A stretch of DNA of 64,000 bases from Halanaeroarchaeum sp. (GTDB lineage: Archaea; Halobacteriota; Halobacteria; Halobacteriales; Halobacteriaceae): the NCBI GenBank assembly GCA_042216165.1, contig JBDGUD010000041.1, positions 149 to 64,148 of the forward strand, given 5' to 3'. Below, in pieces: positions 1 to 9,220 of the stretch. Both the position numbers and the translations under genes were made by a program. The first letter of the stretch is position 1. Each line of letters opens with the position of its first letter. Below the pieces are notes generated by a model. It was not told the origin of the DNA and made no database searches. It saw only the letters and a list, made by a program, of their open reading frames with translations.

Positions 1-180
1 GCGGTCGAGCAGGCCGCTGCCGCTCCGGCGGCCCCCGCTGGCGGTGCCGCCGGCGAAGCCGAAGCCGAGGAAGAGACCGAAGAGGAGACCGAAGCCGAGG
101 AGGAGGCAGAGGAAGAGGCCGAGGGCGAAGAGGAAGACGAAGAAGCCTCGGGCGAGGGCCTGGGCGACCTCTTCGGCTGA
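1..180 (+). CDS. rpl12: 50S ribosomal protein L12/P1, 3' part (partial)
   Basis: Frame 1 reads AVEQAAAAPAAPAGG...EEASGEGLGDLFG*: Ala-rich hinge, acidic tail and the archaeal P1 C-terminus. Confidence 0.93.
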   Translation, partial: AVEQAAAAPAAPAGGAAGEAEAEEETEEETEAEEEAEEEAEGEEEDEEASGEGLGDLFG

Positions 181-340
181 TTCGGTCCCGACACGCCACT
201 TTCTTTCGCGACCGCGGACTGCAACCGTCAGCGTCCCGCAGCGTATCGTCCGCTCCCGTCGGTCGCCGGACAACTCCTCGAGGGTTGTCCCGCGTGTGCA
301 CTGACCGGGTTTTAAGCACGGCCTCCGGGTAGGAGTGGCC

Positions 341-1348
341 ATGACAGCGATCGATCTCCACTTGCCGGTCGCCGAACAGCGTTCGGTCGCGGAGTACGTC
401 GAGTACGCGGTCCGCGGCGAAGACCTGGGTTACGACGTCGTCTGGGTGCCAGAGACGTGGGGGCGCAACGTGGTCGCCGTCCTCACTGCCATCGCGGACC
501 AGACCCAGACCGTCGGACTGGGTCCCAGCATCGTCAACGTCTTCTCCCGCTCGCCGGCACTCGTCGGGCAGACGGCGGCGACGTTGCAGGAAGTGGCCGA
601 CGGTCGCGCCCGCATCGGGGTGGGATCGAGTGGTCCGATCCTGATCGAGGGCTGGCACGGCGCCAGTTTCGACGAACCGCTCAAACGGGTGCGGGAGACG
701 GTCGAAATCGTGAAACAGGTCCAGACGGGCGACGTCGTCGAGTACGACGGACACGTCTACTCGTTGACCGGCTTTCGCCTCCGGAACGATCCGCCCGAGA
801 CGCCCGCGCCGGTCGACGCCGCGGGGATGGGTCCGAAGTCGGTCGAACTCGCGGGGCGCTTCGGCGACGGATGGCACGGGATCGTGCTCTCGCCGCAGGG
901 CATCGCGGACAGACTCGAGGACTTCGAACGGGGCTCGGAACTTGGCGACCGCGACCGGGACGAGCAACGGACGATGGCATCGATCACCGCGGCCGTCGAC
1001 GACGATCGCGAGCGCGCCCGCGACCTGGCCCGCCAGCACATCGCCTTCTACGTCGCGGCGATGGGGGATTATTACCGACGGGCTCTCGCCCGGCAGGGGT
1101 TCGAGGAGGAGGCGAACGAGATGGCAGTCGCGTGGGGCAACGGGAATTACGAGAAGGCCACGGCAGCCGTCACCGACGAGGTCCTCGACGAGTTTGCCGC
1201 CGCGGGGACGGCAGAGGAGGCCAGGGAGCAACTCGACCGCTTCACGAACGTCGCGGGCCTCGACGCCGTCGGCGTCGGATTCCCGCGGGCCGCGGAGCGG
1301 GCGGACATCGAGCGGACGATCGAGGCGCTCGCCCCCGCGACCCAGTGA
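341..1348 (+). CDS. LLM-class F420-dependent oxidoreductase
   Basis: VWVPETWG, SRSPALVGQTAATL, GPKSVELAGRFGDGW luciferase-like motifs. Confidence 0.88.
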   Translation: MTAIDLHLPVAEQRSVAEYVEYAVRGEDLGYDVVWVPETWGRNVVAVLTAIADQTQTVGLGPSIVNVFSRSPALVGQTAATLQEVADGRARIGVGSSGPILIEGWHGASFDEPLKRVRETVEIVKQVQTGDVVEYDGHVYSLTGFRLRNDPPETPAPVDAAGMGPKSVELAGRFGDGWHGIVLSPQGIADRLEDFERGSELGDRDRDEQRTMASITAAVDDDRERARDLARQHIAFYVAAMGDYYRRALARQGFEEEANEMAVAWGNGNYEKATAAVTDEVLDEFAAAGTAEEAREQLDRFTNVAGLDAVGVGFPRAAERADIERTIEALAPATQ

Positions 1349-1352
1349 TCGC

Positions 1353-2036
1353 TCACCCCGACAGGGGTTCGTCGACGTCGTCCCGGCGGTCGTCGAGGAG
1401 GGTCCAGCGGTCGCCACGTCGGCGTTCCAGGTGGACCAGGAGTCGTTCGGCCCACTCGAGTTTTCGCTGCTTCTCGGGGCCGACGGTCGGGTCGTCGAAG
1501 TCCCACCCGGGGAAGGTGAGGGTAGTCGCGTCGAGGTGGTCTGCGAGGAAGGCCGCCCTGTCCCCGTCCGTGAACCCGCCGAAGTTCCGGACCGGCCCCA
1601 CCGGTTCCGCCTGCGTGGTACCGAGGACGTTGGCCCCGGCCATTGCGGGTACGACCTCCTCGATCAGTCCGACGTTGTCACCGTGGGCGTGGACCGCCAC
1701 TGGGGTCCCCGATCGCGACAGTTCGACCGCCGTCTCCGGGTGCTTGTCCAGGTCGGTGACGACGAGATCGACTGCCAGGCCGGCGTCGCGGAGGTGGTCG
1801 GCGGCTGTCGAGGCGGCGAACACGACGTCTGCGGCCCGCACGGTGGAGTGCTCGTCCCCGAGACTGTCGGCACCGCCCGCGATGGCGACGGTGCGACCCT
1901 CGACGTCGAGACGCGAGAGGTCGAACGGTTCGATCAGGCCTGCGAGGAGGTCGCGACTCCGCTCGTCCGCGGCGCGGTCGTACCCGAAGTCCGCGAGAAT
2001 GCGCTCGTATATCGGCTCCCAGTCGGTGAAGTCCAT
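1353..2036 (-). CDS. mptE: 6-hydroxymethyl-7,8-dihydropterin pyrophosphokinase (MptE)
   Basis: WEPIYERILADFGY, VTDLD, HAHGDN, NFGGFTDGDRA; next to folP. Confidence 0.88.
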   Translation of the reverse strand: MDFTDWEPIYERILADFGYDRAADERSRDLLAGLIEPFDLSRLDVEGRTVAIAGGADSLGDEHSTVRAADVVFAASTAADHLRDAGLAVDLVVTDLDKHPETAVELSRSGTPVAVHAHGDNVGLIEEVVPAMAGANVLGTTQAEPVGPVRNFGGFTDGDRAAFLADHLDATTLTFPGWDFDDPTVGPEKQRKLEWAERLLVHLERRRGDRWTLLDDRRDDVDEPLSG

Positions 2037-2079
2037 GGCTGAGGCTATCGGGTTGTGAATAAATTGAGGAACCCGGTTT

Positions 2080-2130
2080 GAGCCGGAAACCCCGGAATTG
2101 TGTACCCCTACCCAATCGGGGTCCGGCTTC
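2080..2130 (-). ncRNA. candidate small hairpin RNA
   Basis: Long stem closed by a GGGG loop; BRE/TATA GAAAACTTATA about 26 nt upstream. Confidence 0.5.
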
Positions 2131-2141
2131 CAGTCAGGTCT

Positions 2142-3347
2142 TTACCCCCATCCGGTATAAGTTTTCTCCATGGGTATCAGGCGATCGAGGGCCCCCGCAA
2201 CCCCCTCCAGTCGGCGTGTTTCGCCCTCGAGTTCGCTCGCGAGTGCGGCGAACTCTCCCGCCGATCCGGCGAGGATCGATCGATCGCCGCCGGCGACGAC
2301 CAGACCGCAGTCCGCTGCGACGGCCTGGAGGCTGTCGGTTTCCTCCGGCCCGAGGTCGGTTACCGCCACTGCACGGTCGACGCCAGCCCGTGCCGTCGCC
2401 GGGTCACCGCCGACGCGTTCCAGGTGTCTGGCGAGTTCGCGGGCGTTGGTCACGGCGAGTTCCTCGACGTGCTCGGTTCGAACGCGGTCTCGGTCGAACG
2501 CGTGGCCGATCAGGGCCGCGTCACGCGTCGCGGCCACGTCGTGGGTCCGGATCACGTGTGCGCCGCGATCGACCGCCAGGGACGTCGCACCGAGACTGGC
2601 GGGCAGTGCGTCCTCGGTGGAGCGGTCCACGACGTCCTTGAGGAAGTTCTTCCGGTTGATTGAGACGAGGACGGGACGCCCCAGGGCCCGAAATTCGCGG
2701 AGTCGCTCGAACGTCTGTCGGTCGTCGGCCAGCGTCTTCGTCTCCGACCACCCCCCGAACGCCGGATCGACGATCGTCTTCCCGGTCAGACCACCGCGCT
2801 CCAGAGACGCGTATACCTTGTCGACGAAACTAGCGTTCGCGGCCCAGTCCGGTGATCGCTCTGCCGCCCAGTCCACGTCGTCCACGGCGCCGGGTCGGTC
2901 GAGGTCGGGCGGACTCGCCATCTTGACGACGGCGACGTCGTGGGCCTCGGCGACCGCCGGCATCTCGGGGTCGGCGAACCCACAGACGTCGTTGATCGCG
3001 TCGAAACCGCGGGAGAGGGCCTCGTCCGCAACCGCGGCGTACCTCGTCTCGATGGAGAAGACGGCGTCGCCCTCGACCCGGTCGAGCGTCTCCACGGCCA
3101 CGTCGAGTCGATCCAGTTCCTGCTCCGCCGAGAGCACGTCGAATCGCTTGTTCGCGGACTCCAGTCCGACGTCGACGACGTCGGCACCCTGGTCGATCAG
3201 CGCATCGTCTACGTACGCCGCGGCCTCGGCCGGGTCGTCGAAGACGCTCGGATCGTACGGCGACTCTCGACTGACGTTCAGGACGCCCACGATGCGAGGC
3301 GGATGGTCGTCTCCCACCGGGAGTCCACCGACGTCCACCGTCTTCAT
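2142..3347 (-). CDS. folP: dihydropteroate synthase
   Basis: GVLNVSRESPY, INDVCG, DPAFG, SINRKNF, IRTHDV. Confidence 0.93.
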   Translation of the reverse strand: MKTVDVGGLPVGDDHPPRIVGVLNVSRESPYDPSVFDDPAEAAAYVDDALIDQGADVVDVGLESANKRFDVLSAEQELDRLDVAVETLDRVEGDAVFSIETRYAAVADEALSRGFDAINDVCGFADPEMPAVAEAHDVAVVKMASPPDLDRPGAVDDVDWAAERSPDWAANASFVDKVYASLERGGLTGKTIVDPAFGGWSETKTLADDRQTFERLREFRALGRPVLVSINRKNFLKDVVDRSTEDALPASLGATSLAVDRGAHVIRTHDVAATRDAALIGHAFDRDRVRTEHVEELAVTNARELARHLERVGGDPATARAGVDRAVAVTDLGPEETDSLQAVAADCGLVVAGGDRSILAGSAGEFAALASELEGETRRLEGVAGALDRLIPMEKTYTGWG

Positions 3348-3427
3348 GCCCGGACAGGCGACTGGCGGGACCAAAGGTGTCCCGGTGCCGGCGGAGGTTT
3401 ATGTGGAATAGCGGAGAACGGTCTCCC

Positions 3428-4435
3428 ATGGCCATCGAGTTTCCCAGCACGCACCAGGAGGCGACGTTCTACAATCCCCTGGAGGACTTCGCGGAGACGA
3501 CGGTCCCGATCGAGGTCCGCGAAGATCCCCTCACCGGACGCCAGACCCGCATCGTCCCCGAGAACTTCCTCGTCCCCGACGAGGATCCGGACATCGACGA
3601 GGTGGTCGAGGACGCCGAGGGCTGTTTCTTCTGTCCCGGGACCGTCGAGGAGGCGACCCCACGGTATCCGGACTTCGTCGGCGAAGAGCGCGGTTCGGTC
3701 GGTGAGGCGACCTCGTTCCCGAACCTCAACCCGTACGGCGCCCACTCGAACGTCGTCGTTCTCACCGACGACCACTACGTCCCGATCGACGAGTTCGACG
3801 CGGGGACGTTCGCGAACGGGTTCACCGCCGCCATGGAGTACGTCGGCCGCGTCTTCGAGCACGACGATTCGGCCACCGTCGCATCGGTCAACATGAACTT
3901 CCTCCGATCGGCGGGGAGCAGCATCGTCCACCCCCACGTCCAGACGCTGGTCGACGACCGCGGAACGAATCGCCAGCGGCGCCGTCTCGAGGCCCACCGT
4001 GCGTACCACGACCGCCACGGGTCGCGGTACCTCGACGACCTCCTCGAGGCGGAACGAGACGGCGACAGGATGGTCGGACGGACCGGGGCGGTCGAGTGGT
4101 ACGCCCCGTTCTCGCCACAGCATCATCGACACGTCCGGGGCGTCCTCGACGCCGAGACCGTCCCGCCGGCCGACAGCGACGTCTACACCGACCTCGCCCG
4201 TGGTCTGGTCGGCGTCCTCGAGTCGTACGCCGAGCGGGGACTCAACAGTTTCAACTTCGGCTTCCAGATCGTCGATGACGAACCGGCCACGCGGCCGGTG
4301 ATCGACGTCGTCGCGCGGTCGGTTTTCGACCGGTACTACTGGAGCGACGCGACGTTCTTCGACACGGTCCACGAGGAGAGCGTCGTCGACGTGGCCCCCG
4401 AGGAGTACGCCCCCGACGTGGCCGAGCACCTCTGA
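3428..4435 (+). CDS. GalT-like nucleotidyltransferase (HIT superfamily)
   Basis: EVREDPLTG, CFFC, FPNLNP, HPHVQ (HxHxQ) motifs. Confidence 0.8.
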   Translation: MAIEFPSTHQEATFYNPLEDFAETTVPIEVREDPLTGRQTRIVPENFLVPDEDPDIDEVVEDAEGCFFCPGTVEEATPRYPDFVGEERGSVGEATSFPNLNPYGAHSNVVVLTDDHYVPIDEFDAGTFANGFTAAMEYVGRVFEHDDSATVASVNMNFLRSAGSSIVHPHVQTLVDDRGTNRQRRRLEAHRAYHDRHGSRYLDDLLEAERDGDRMVGRTGAVEWYAPFSPQHHRHVRGVLDAETVPPADSDVYTDLARGLVGVLESYAERGLNSFNFGFQIVDDEPATRPVIDVVARSVFDRYYWSDATFFDTVHEESVVDVAPEEYAPDVAEHL

Positions 4436-4474
4436 GCAGTCCGTATTTACGTGGCGGTCGATTACCGGCGCGTG

Positions 4475-5194
4475 ATGAGCGCTCCGGCCGTCGTCGTGGT
4501 GGACGCCGCGACCCCGGGCAACGTGGGAACCATCGCCAGGGCGATGAAGAACTTCGGGTTCGAGGACCTGCTGCTGGTCGATCCGCCCGAACTCGATCCC
4601 GACGGGGAGGCCTACGGGTTCGCCGGGCAGGCCCGCGACGACGTGTTGCCGAACGCCCGCGAGGTCACCCTCGACGCGGTCGTCGAGTCCCATCACACGA
4701 TCGGTTTCACCGCGGTCACGAACGAGGACGGGTCGAGTCACGTCCGGTATCCGTTCGTGACGCCCGCCGAACTGGCCGACGACCTCGAGGGTCTGACCGC
4801 AAGGACCGCACTCGTCTTCGGCCGGGAACGGGTCGGCCTGACGAACGATGAACTGTCCCGCCTGGACCGCATCTGTGCGATCCCTGCGAGCGAGGAGTAC
4901 CCGGTCATGAATCTCGGCCAGGCCGCGACGGTGGCACTCTACGAACTCCGCGAGGTGGCGATGGAGTCCTCCCAGTTGCCGGATCGATCGAAGGACCGGG
5001 CAACAGAGGCCGAAATCGAGGGCTTCTACGACCACGTCGCCTCGACCCTCGAGACCGTCGGCTACCCGATCGAGAAACGGGAGAAGACGATGCGCCTGGT
5101 TCGCCGGGTGTTCGGTCGGGCCCATCCGACGGGCCGCGAACTATCGACGCTCAGGGGCGTCCTCAGACGGGCCGTTCGGTACCGGGAGGACTGA
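4475..5194 (+). CDS. SPOUT tRNA 2'-O-methyltransferase (TrmJ/TrmH family)
   Basis: PGNVGTIARAMKNFG, LVFGRERVGLTNDEL, YPVMNLGQA. Confidence 0.9.
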   Translation: MSAPAVVVVDAATPGNVGTIARAMKNFGFEDLLLVDPPELDPDGEAYGFAGQARDDVLPNAREVTLDAVVESHHTIGFTAVTNEDGSSHVRYPFVTPAELADDLEGLTARTALVFGRERVGLTNDELSRLDRICAIPASEEYPVMNLGQAATVALYELREVAMESSQLPDRSKDRATEAEIEGFYDHVASTLETVGYPIEKREKTMRLVRRVFGRAHPTGRELSTLRGVLRRAVRYRED

Positions 5195-5210
5195 CGGCAG
5201 TGGGGCCGTC

Positions 5211-5660
5211 TCAGGCCTCTCGACTGGCGTAGAGCACGATCGAGGTCATCGTGAGTTTCTCCTCGCCGTCGCCATTGAGCGTCCGGGTGTGCGTCCGGAC
5301 CACTCCCCGGCCAGGGTCGCTCTCCGACCGGCGGGTCTCGCGAACTTCGCTCTCCACGGAGAGCGTCTCGCCGGGGAACACGGGATTGGGCCAGCGGAGT
5401 TCGTCCACGCCGAGCGCGCCGAGCGAGGCCGCGTCCTCGAGTTCGTTCTCGACGATCATGCGCATGGTCATGGCCGCCGTGTGCCATCCGCTGGCGATCA
5501 GGCCCCCGTAGATGGACTCGGACTCCGCCCGCTCGACGTCGGTGTGGAACCACTGGGGGTCGTACCGGGAGGCGAACTCCAGAATCTCCTCCTCGGTCAC
5601 GTCGTACGATCCGAACTGCCTCGTATCGCCCTCGGTCAGGTCCTCGAAGTACGTCGTCAT
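5211..5660 (-). CDS. MaoC family dehydratase
   Basis: YFEDL, FASRYDPQWFH, GLIASGWHT. Confidence 0.9.
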   Translation of the reverse strand: MTTYFEDLTEGDTRQFGSYDVTEEEILEFASRYDPQWFHTDVERAESESIYGGLIASGWHTAAMTMRMIVENELEDAASLGALGVDELRWPNPVFPGETLSVESEVRETRRSESDPGRGVVRTHTRTLNGDGEEKLTMTSIVLYASREA

Positions 5661-5700
5661 CGGTTCCACTCCGGGCCCCGGCGACGAAATAGCCTGCGGA

Positions 5701-6657
5701 TCAGGCGTCCCGTCGCAACCGGCGGACTGCGGGGAATCGCAACGCGACCTCCCGGCCGAGTCGCTCGTGCTCGACGAGCCCGAACCCCAGGACGATCAGA
5801 GCGAACCCGAAGACCGTCGTTGGGCCGACGAGGTCACCGAGCAGCGCCCACCCCGCGAGGCTCGCGGCGACCGGTTCGAGGTAGCCGACGAGATTGAGGT
5901 GGGCGGGCCCCACCCGGTCCAGGAGGCTGAAGTAGAGCAAGAACGCGACGGCGCCCGATACGAAGGTCAGGTACGCGAACGAGGCGACCGCCGTCGGCGT
6001 GAGCGCGATGCTCGCCAGGGACTCCCCCCGGAGCGCGCCCCCTCCGAGAAGCATCGCGGATCCGAGTAGCATCGACCACCCCTGCAACGAGGTGAGCGGA
6101 ATCGTCGTCGGGATGGGGTGCGAGAGGACCGCCCCCATCGCGAAACTCGCCGCGGCCACGAACACGAGACCAATACCGATCAGGGTCCCGACCTGCACCG
6201 ATCCCGGGGTCGGTCGAGCCACGATAGCCACGCCGAGAATGCCGGTCAGGAAGCCGAGCAACTGGACGCGCCCGAGCGCGTCGTCGCCCAGGAGCAGACT
6301 GGCGAACACCGCGGTCAGGACCGGGGAGAGACTGACGACGACGGCCGCGACGGCCCCCGGGACGTACTGTTCGCCCAGGTAGAGGAACGCGTGATTGCCG
6401 AAGATGAAGAAGACGGCCAGCACGCCGATTGGCAACAGGTCACGGCGGTTGCGCGGAAGTACGTAGTCGGTCGTCAGGGCCGCGTACCCGACGATGAGCG
6501 CGCCGGCGACGAGGTACCGCAACCCCGCGAACGTGAGGGGTGGAACGTAGTGCAGGCCGATTTCGATGGCAACGAAGGCCGTCCCCCAGATGGCCGCGAG
6601 CGACAGGAAGAGTAGTCCGGTCATTCGGGGGCCGACCCGCCCGTCCAAGATGTTCAT
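5701..6657 (-). CDS. EamA/DMT family transporter
   Basis: IWGTAFVAI, PPLTFAGLRY, GYLEPV; about 10 hydrophobic helices; start could also be 6624. Confidence 0.88.
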   Translation of the reverse strand: MNILDGRVGPRMTGLLFLSLAAIWGTAFVAIEIGLHYVPPLTFAGLRYLVAGALIVGYAALTTDYVLPRNRRDLLPIGVLAVFFIFGNHAFLYLGEQYVPGAVAAVVVSLSPVLTAVFASLLLGDDALGRVQLLGFLTGILGVAIVARPTPGSVQVGTLIGIGLVFVAAASFAMGAVLSHPIPTTIPLTSLQGWSMLLGSAMLLGGGALRGESLASIALTPTAVASFAYLTFVSGAVAFLLYFSLLDRVGPAHLNLVGYLEPVAASLAGWALLGDLVGPTTVFGFALIVLGFGLVEHERLGREVALRFPAVRRLRRDA

Positions 6658-6816
6658 GTCGTTTCTTTCGAAACAGGCCACGGTTCTTATATCTGTCTAC
6701 AACTAAGCGTGAAAAATCCAAATCAATGAGGCACCATATCGGAATATATTGCTTGCTCCATCAACGACCGTGAGGAATCTACAGAGGTAAGTGGGCTGCT
6801 CGTGAATCCCCGGGCG

Positions 6817-7302
6817 ATGGACGAACGAGACCTCCGGATCCTGAAGGCCATCTCCGAGCTGGGCACCAGCAGTCCCGAGCGCATCCACGAGGCGACCGAC
6901 ATTCCCGTCTCGACCATCCACTACCGGTTGAACAACCTCAGGGAGTCGGGGATCGTCACGAACGACCTCTACGACCTCGACCTCGACGAACTGGGACTCG
7001 GCGTGACCGTCATCGTCGAGGTGCTCGCCAACTACAGCGGTTCGTACGAGGACGTCGCTGACGACCTCCTCGCCATCGAGGGCGTCACCCAGGCGTACTT
7101 CACGATGGGGGAGACGGACTTCGTCGTGATCGCGCGACTGTCGGACAGCGAGAAGGTCGAGCGACTGATCCGGGAGTTCGAAGCCATCGAGGCGGTCGAA
7201 CGCACGAACTCGACGTTCGTGATCGCCCCGTTGCGCGACGGTCAGCGGATTCTGGAGAGTTACAGTCTCGAGACGTTGATCGAGGAGCTCGCGGACGACT
7301 AA
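6817..7302 (+). CDS. Lrp/AsnC family transcriptional regulator
   Basis: MDERDLRIL N-terminal HTH, MGETDF RAM domain; divergent from the EamA gene. Confidence 0.9.
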   Translation: MDERDLRILKAISELGTSSPERIHEATDIPVSTIHYRLNNLRESGIVTNDLYDLDLDELGLGVTVIVEVLANYSGSYEDVADDLLAIEGVTQAYFTMGETDFVVIARLSDSEKVERLIREFEAIEAVERTNSTFVIAPLRDGQRILESYSLETLIEELADD

Positions 7303-7317
7303 TCGGATTCTCCGACC

Positions 7318-9186
7318 TCAGGCGCGTTTCTGGATCTCCTCGCGGAGCACCTCGCTCACGAGGTCCCCGTCGGCCTTGCCACGGAGTTCGGCCATGCACT
7401 CGCCCATGAGCGCGGAGAACGCGCCCATTCCCTCTTCGGCCACCTGTTGCTCGTTCCGCTCGACCACCGCGACCACGCTCTCCCTGACCGCCTCCCTGTC
7501 GACGCTTCCGAGCCCCTCCGCCTCCGCCGCCTCCTCGGCGGTCATGCTCGGGTCGGCAGCCAGCGCCGAGAGGAGGTCTGGCACCCCTTCGCGGGCCAGA
7601 TCCCCCGCCGCGAGGAGCCCGAAGATCTGCTCGAAGTGCGCGTCGGTGAGGGACTCGACGGGGACGTCGTCCCGGCGGAGTTCCGTGACGGTGGACTCGA
7701 CCGTCTGGGCCGCGAGCGTCGGATCGACCCCCTCGTCCACCGCCTCCTCGAAGAGATCCCAGCGACTGCCGGTGGCGACCTGGTTCGCCAGTCCCTCGTC
7801 CAGTCCGAGGTCCGTCCGGTAGCGCTCGACCTTCTCGGTGAGCAGTTCGGGCGTCTCCACGTCTGTCGGGTCGGGAGCGACGGGCGGCACGTCGGTCTCG
7901 GGATACATTCGCGCCGCGCCCGGGAGCGGTCGGAGGTACTCCGACGTCGCGTCGTCGTTCGCACCTCGAGTCTCCTCCGGGACGCCCTCGATGGCCACTG
8001 CGGCCCGTTCCCCGACCACCTCGATGGCCTGCTCGGCGATCGAGGGGTCGTCTGCGACGATGGCGACGGCGTCAGCGGCCCCCGCGCCGACGGCCTCCTC
8101 GAGTGCCGCCACTTCGTCGTCCGTGACGCCGTACGCCGGCAGTTCGTCGGTGTGGAAGATGCCGCCCGCCCCGTGTCGCTTGGCGTGATCGGAGAACTCC
8201 GTCCCGAGACGACGGTCGGGCACCAGTTCGCGGCCCACGAGACCGTCGAAGCCGTACAGCGGGACCGCCCACACCTCGCCGCCGTCGTCGAGGGCTCCCC
8301 GGATCACGCCGCTATCGGTCTCCGCGAACACGTCCGTCACGACCTGGGGATCGCCCACGCTGGCGTCCCGGTCGGCGAGCGCGTCGGCGACGTCGAGGAG
8401 GGCAATCTGGCGTTCGACCTCGGTTCGGACGAGGTCGTCGATGTCGTCGAGGCTCTGGACGCCCTTGAGTTCCACGCGGGCGCCCTCCTCGATCGAGACG
8501 TTGACGTCCTGGCGGATGGACCCGAGACCGCGCTTGACCTGCCCCGTCGATCGCAGGATCATTCCGATGCGCTCGGCGGCCTCCCGTGCCTGCGTCGGTG
8601 TCTCTATGTCGGGTTTCGTTCCGATTTCGACCAGCGGGATGCCCAGGCGGTCGAGGCCGAAGGTTACCCCGGCGTCGGTCTCCTCGATGCGTTTGGCGCT
8701 CTCCTCCTCCAGCATCAGATCCTCGATCCCAACGGGACCGTCGCCGGTCTCGATCCGGCCCTCGTTCGCGACGAGTGCGGTGCGCTGGAACCCGGACGTG
8801 TTCGAGCCGTCGATGACGACCTTCCGCATGACGTGTGCTTGATCGACGACCGTCATGTCCATCAGCTGGGCGATCTCAAGGGCCACGGACAGGGCCTCCT
8901 CGTCCAGGCGGTGTGGCGGTTCGTCGTCTTCCTCGACGAGACACGTGGTGTCGTAGGCGAGGTAGGTGAACTCCCTGTCGACCACGCTCTCCTCGAGGGC
9001 CGCCTCGTCGATCTCGCCGAGTTCGCTGGGTGTCGGGTGCAGATAGCGCGTGAACGACCGCTCGGCCGCCTCCGGGTCCCGCAAGCGGGTCGGGCACGCA
9101 CAGAAGAGCTTCGTCGCCGTGTCGAGTTGCTGGTGGATCTCGAGGCCGGCGACGAGCCCCAGGTCCTCGTAGTCACGTTCGGCCAT
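7318..9186 (-). CDS. gatE: Glu-tRNA(Gln) amidotransferase subunit E
   Basis: GLEIHQQL, DGSNTSGFQRT, RPLPGAARMYPETD. Confidence 0.97.
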   Translation of the reverse strand: MAERDYEDLGLVAGLEIHQQLDTATKLFCACPTRLRDPEAAERSFTRYLHPTPSELGEIDEAALEESVVDREFTYLAYDTTCLVEEDDEPPHRLDEEALSVALEIAQLMDMTVVDQAHVMRKVVIDGSNTSGFQRTALVANEGRIETGDGPVGIEDLMLEEESAKRIEETDAGVTFGLDRLGIPLVEIGTKPDIETPTQAREAAERIGMILRSTGQVKRGLGSIRQDVNVSIEEGARVELKGVQSLDDIDDLVRTEVERQIALLDVADALADRDASVGDPQVVTDVFAETDSGVIRGALDDGGEVWAVPLYGFDGLVGRELVPDRRLGTEFSDHAKRHGAGGIFHTDELPAYGVTDDEVAALEEAVGAGAADAVAIVADDPSIAEQAIEVVGERAAVAIEGVPEETRGANDDATSEYLRPLPGAARMYPETDVPPVAPDPTDVETPELLTEKVERYRTDLGLDEGLANQVATGSRWDLFEEAVDEGVDPTLAAQTVESTVTELRRDDVPVESLTDAHFEQIFGLLAAGDLAREGVPDLLSALAADPSMTAEEAAEAEGLGSVDREAVRESVVAVVERNEQQVAEEGMGAFSALMGECMAELRGKADGDLVSEVLREEIQKRA

Positions 9187-9220
9187 TACTCCGGTGTGTG
9201 CGGGCGAGGGGGAAAAACGT

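Noticed and set aside
55-150. GAG/GAA-rich quasi-tandem repeats
   Set aside because: They encode the acidic tail of ribosomal L12; ordinary low complexity.
3344-5125. Long antisense and alternative-frame ORFs (also 7447-9345, 27716-30013, 39620-41653 and others)
   Set aside because: Shadow ORFs of GC-rich genes: Arg/Pro-rich or mirror-codon composition, overlapping well-supported genes.
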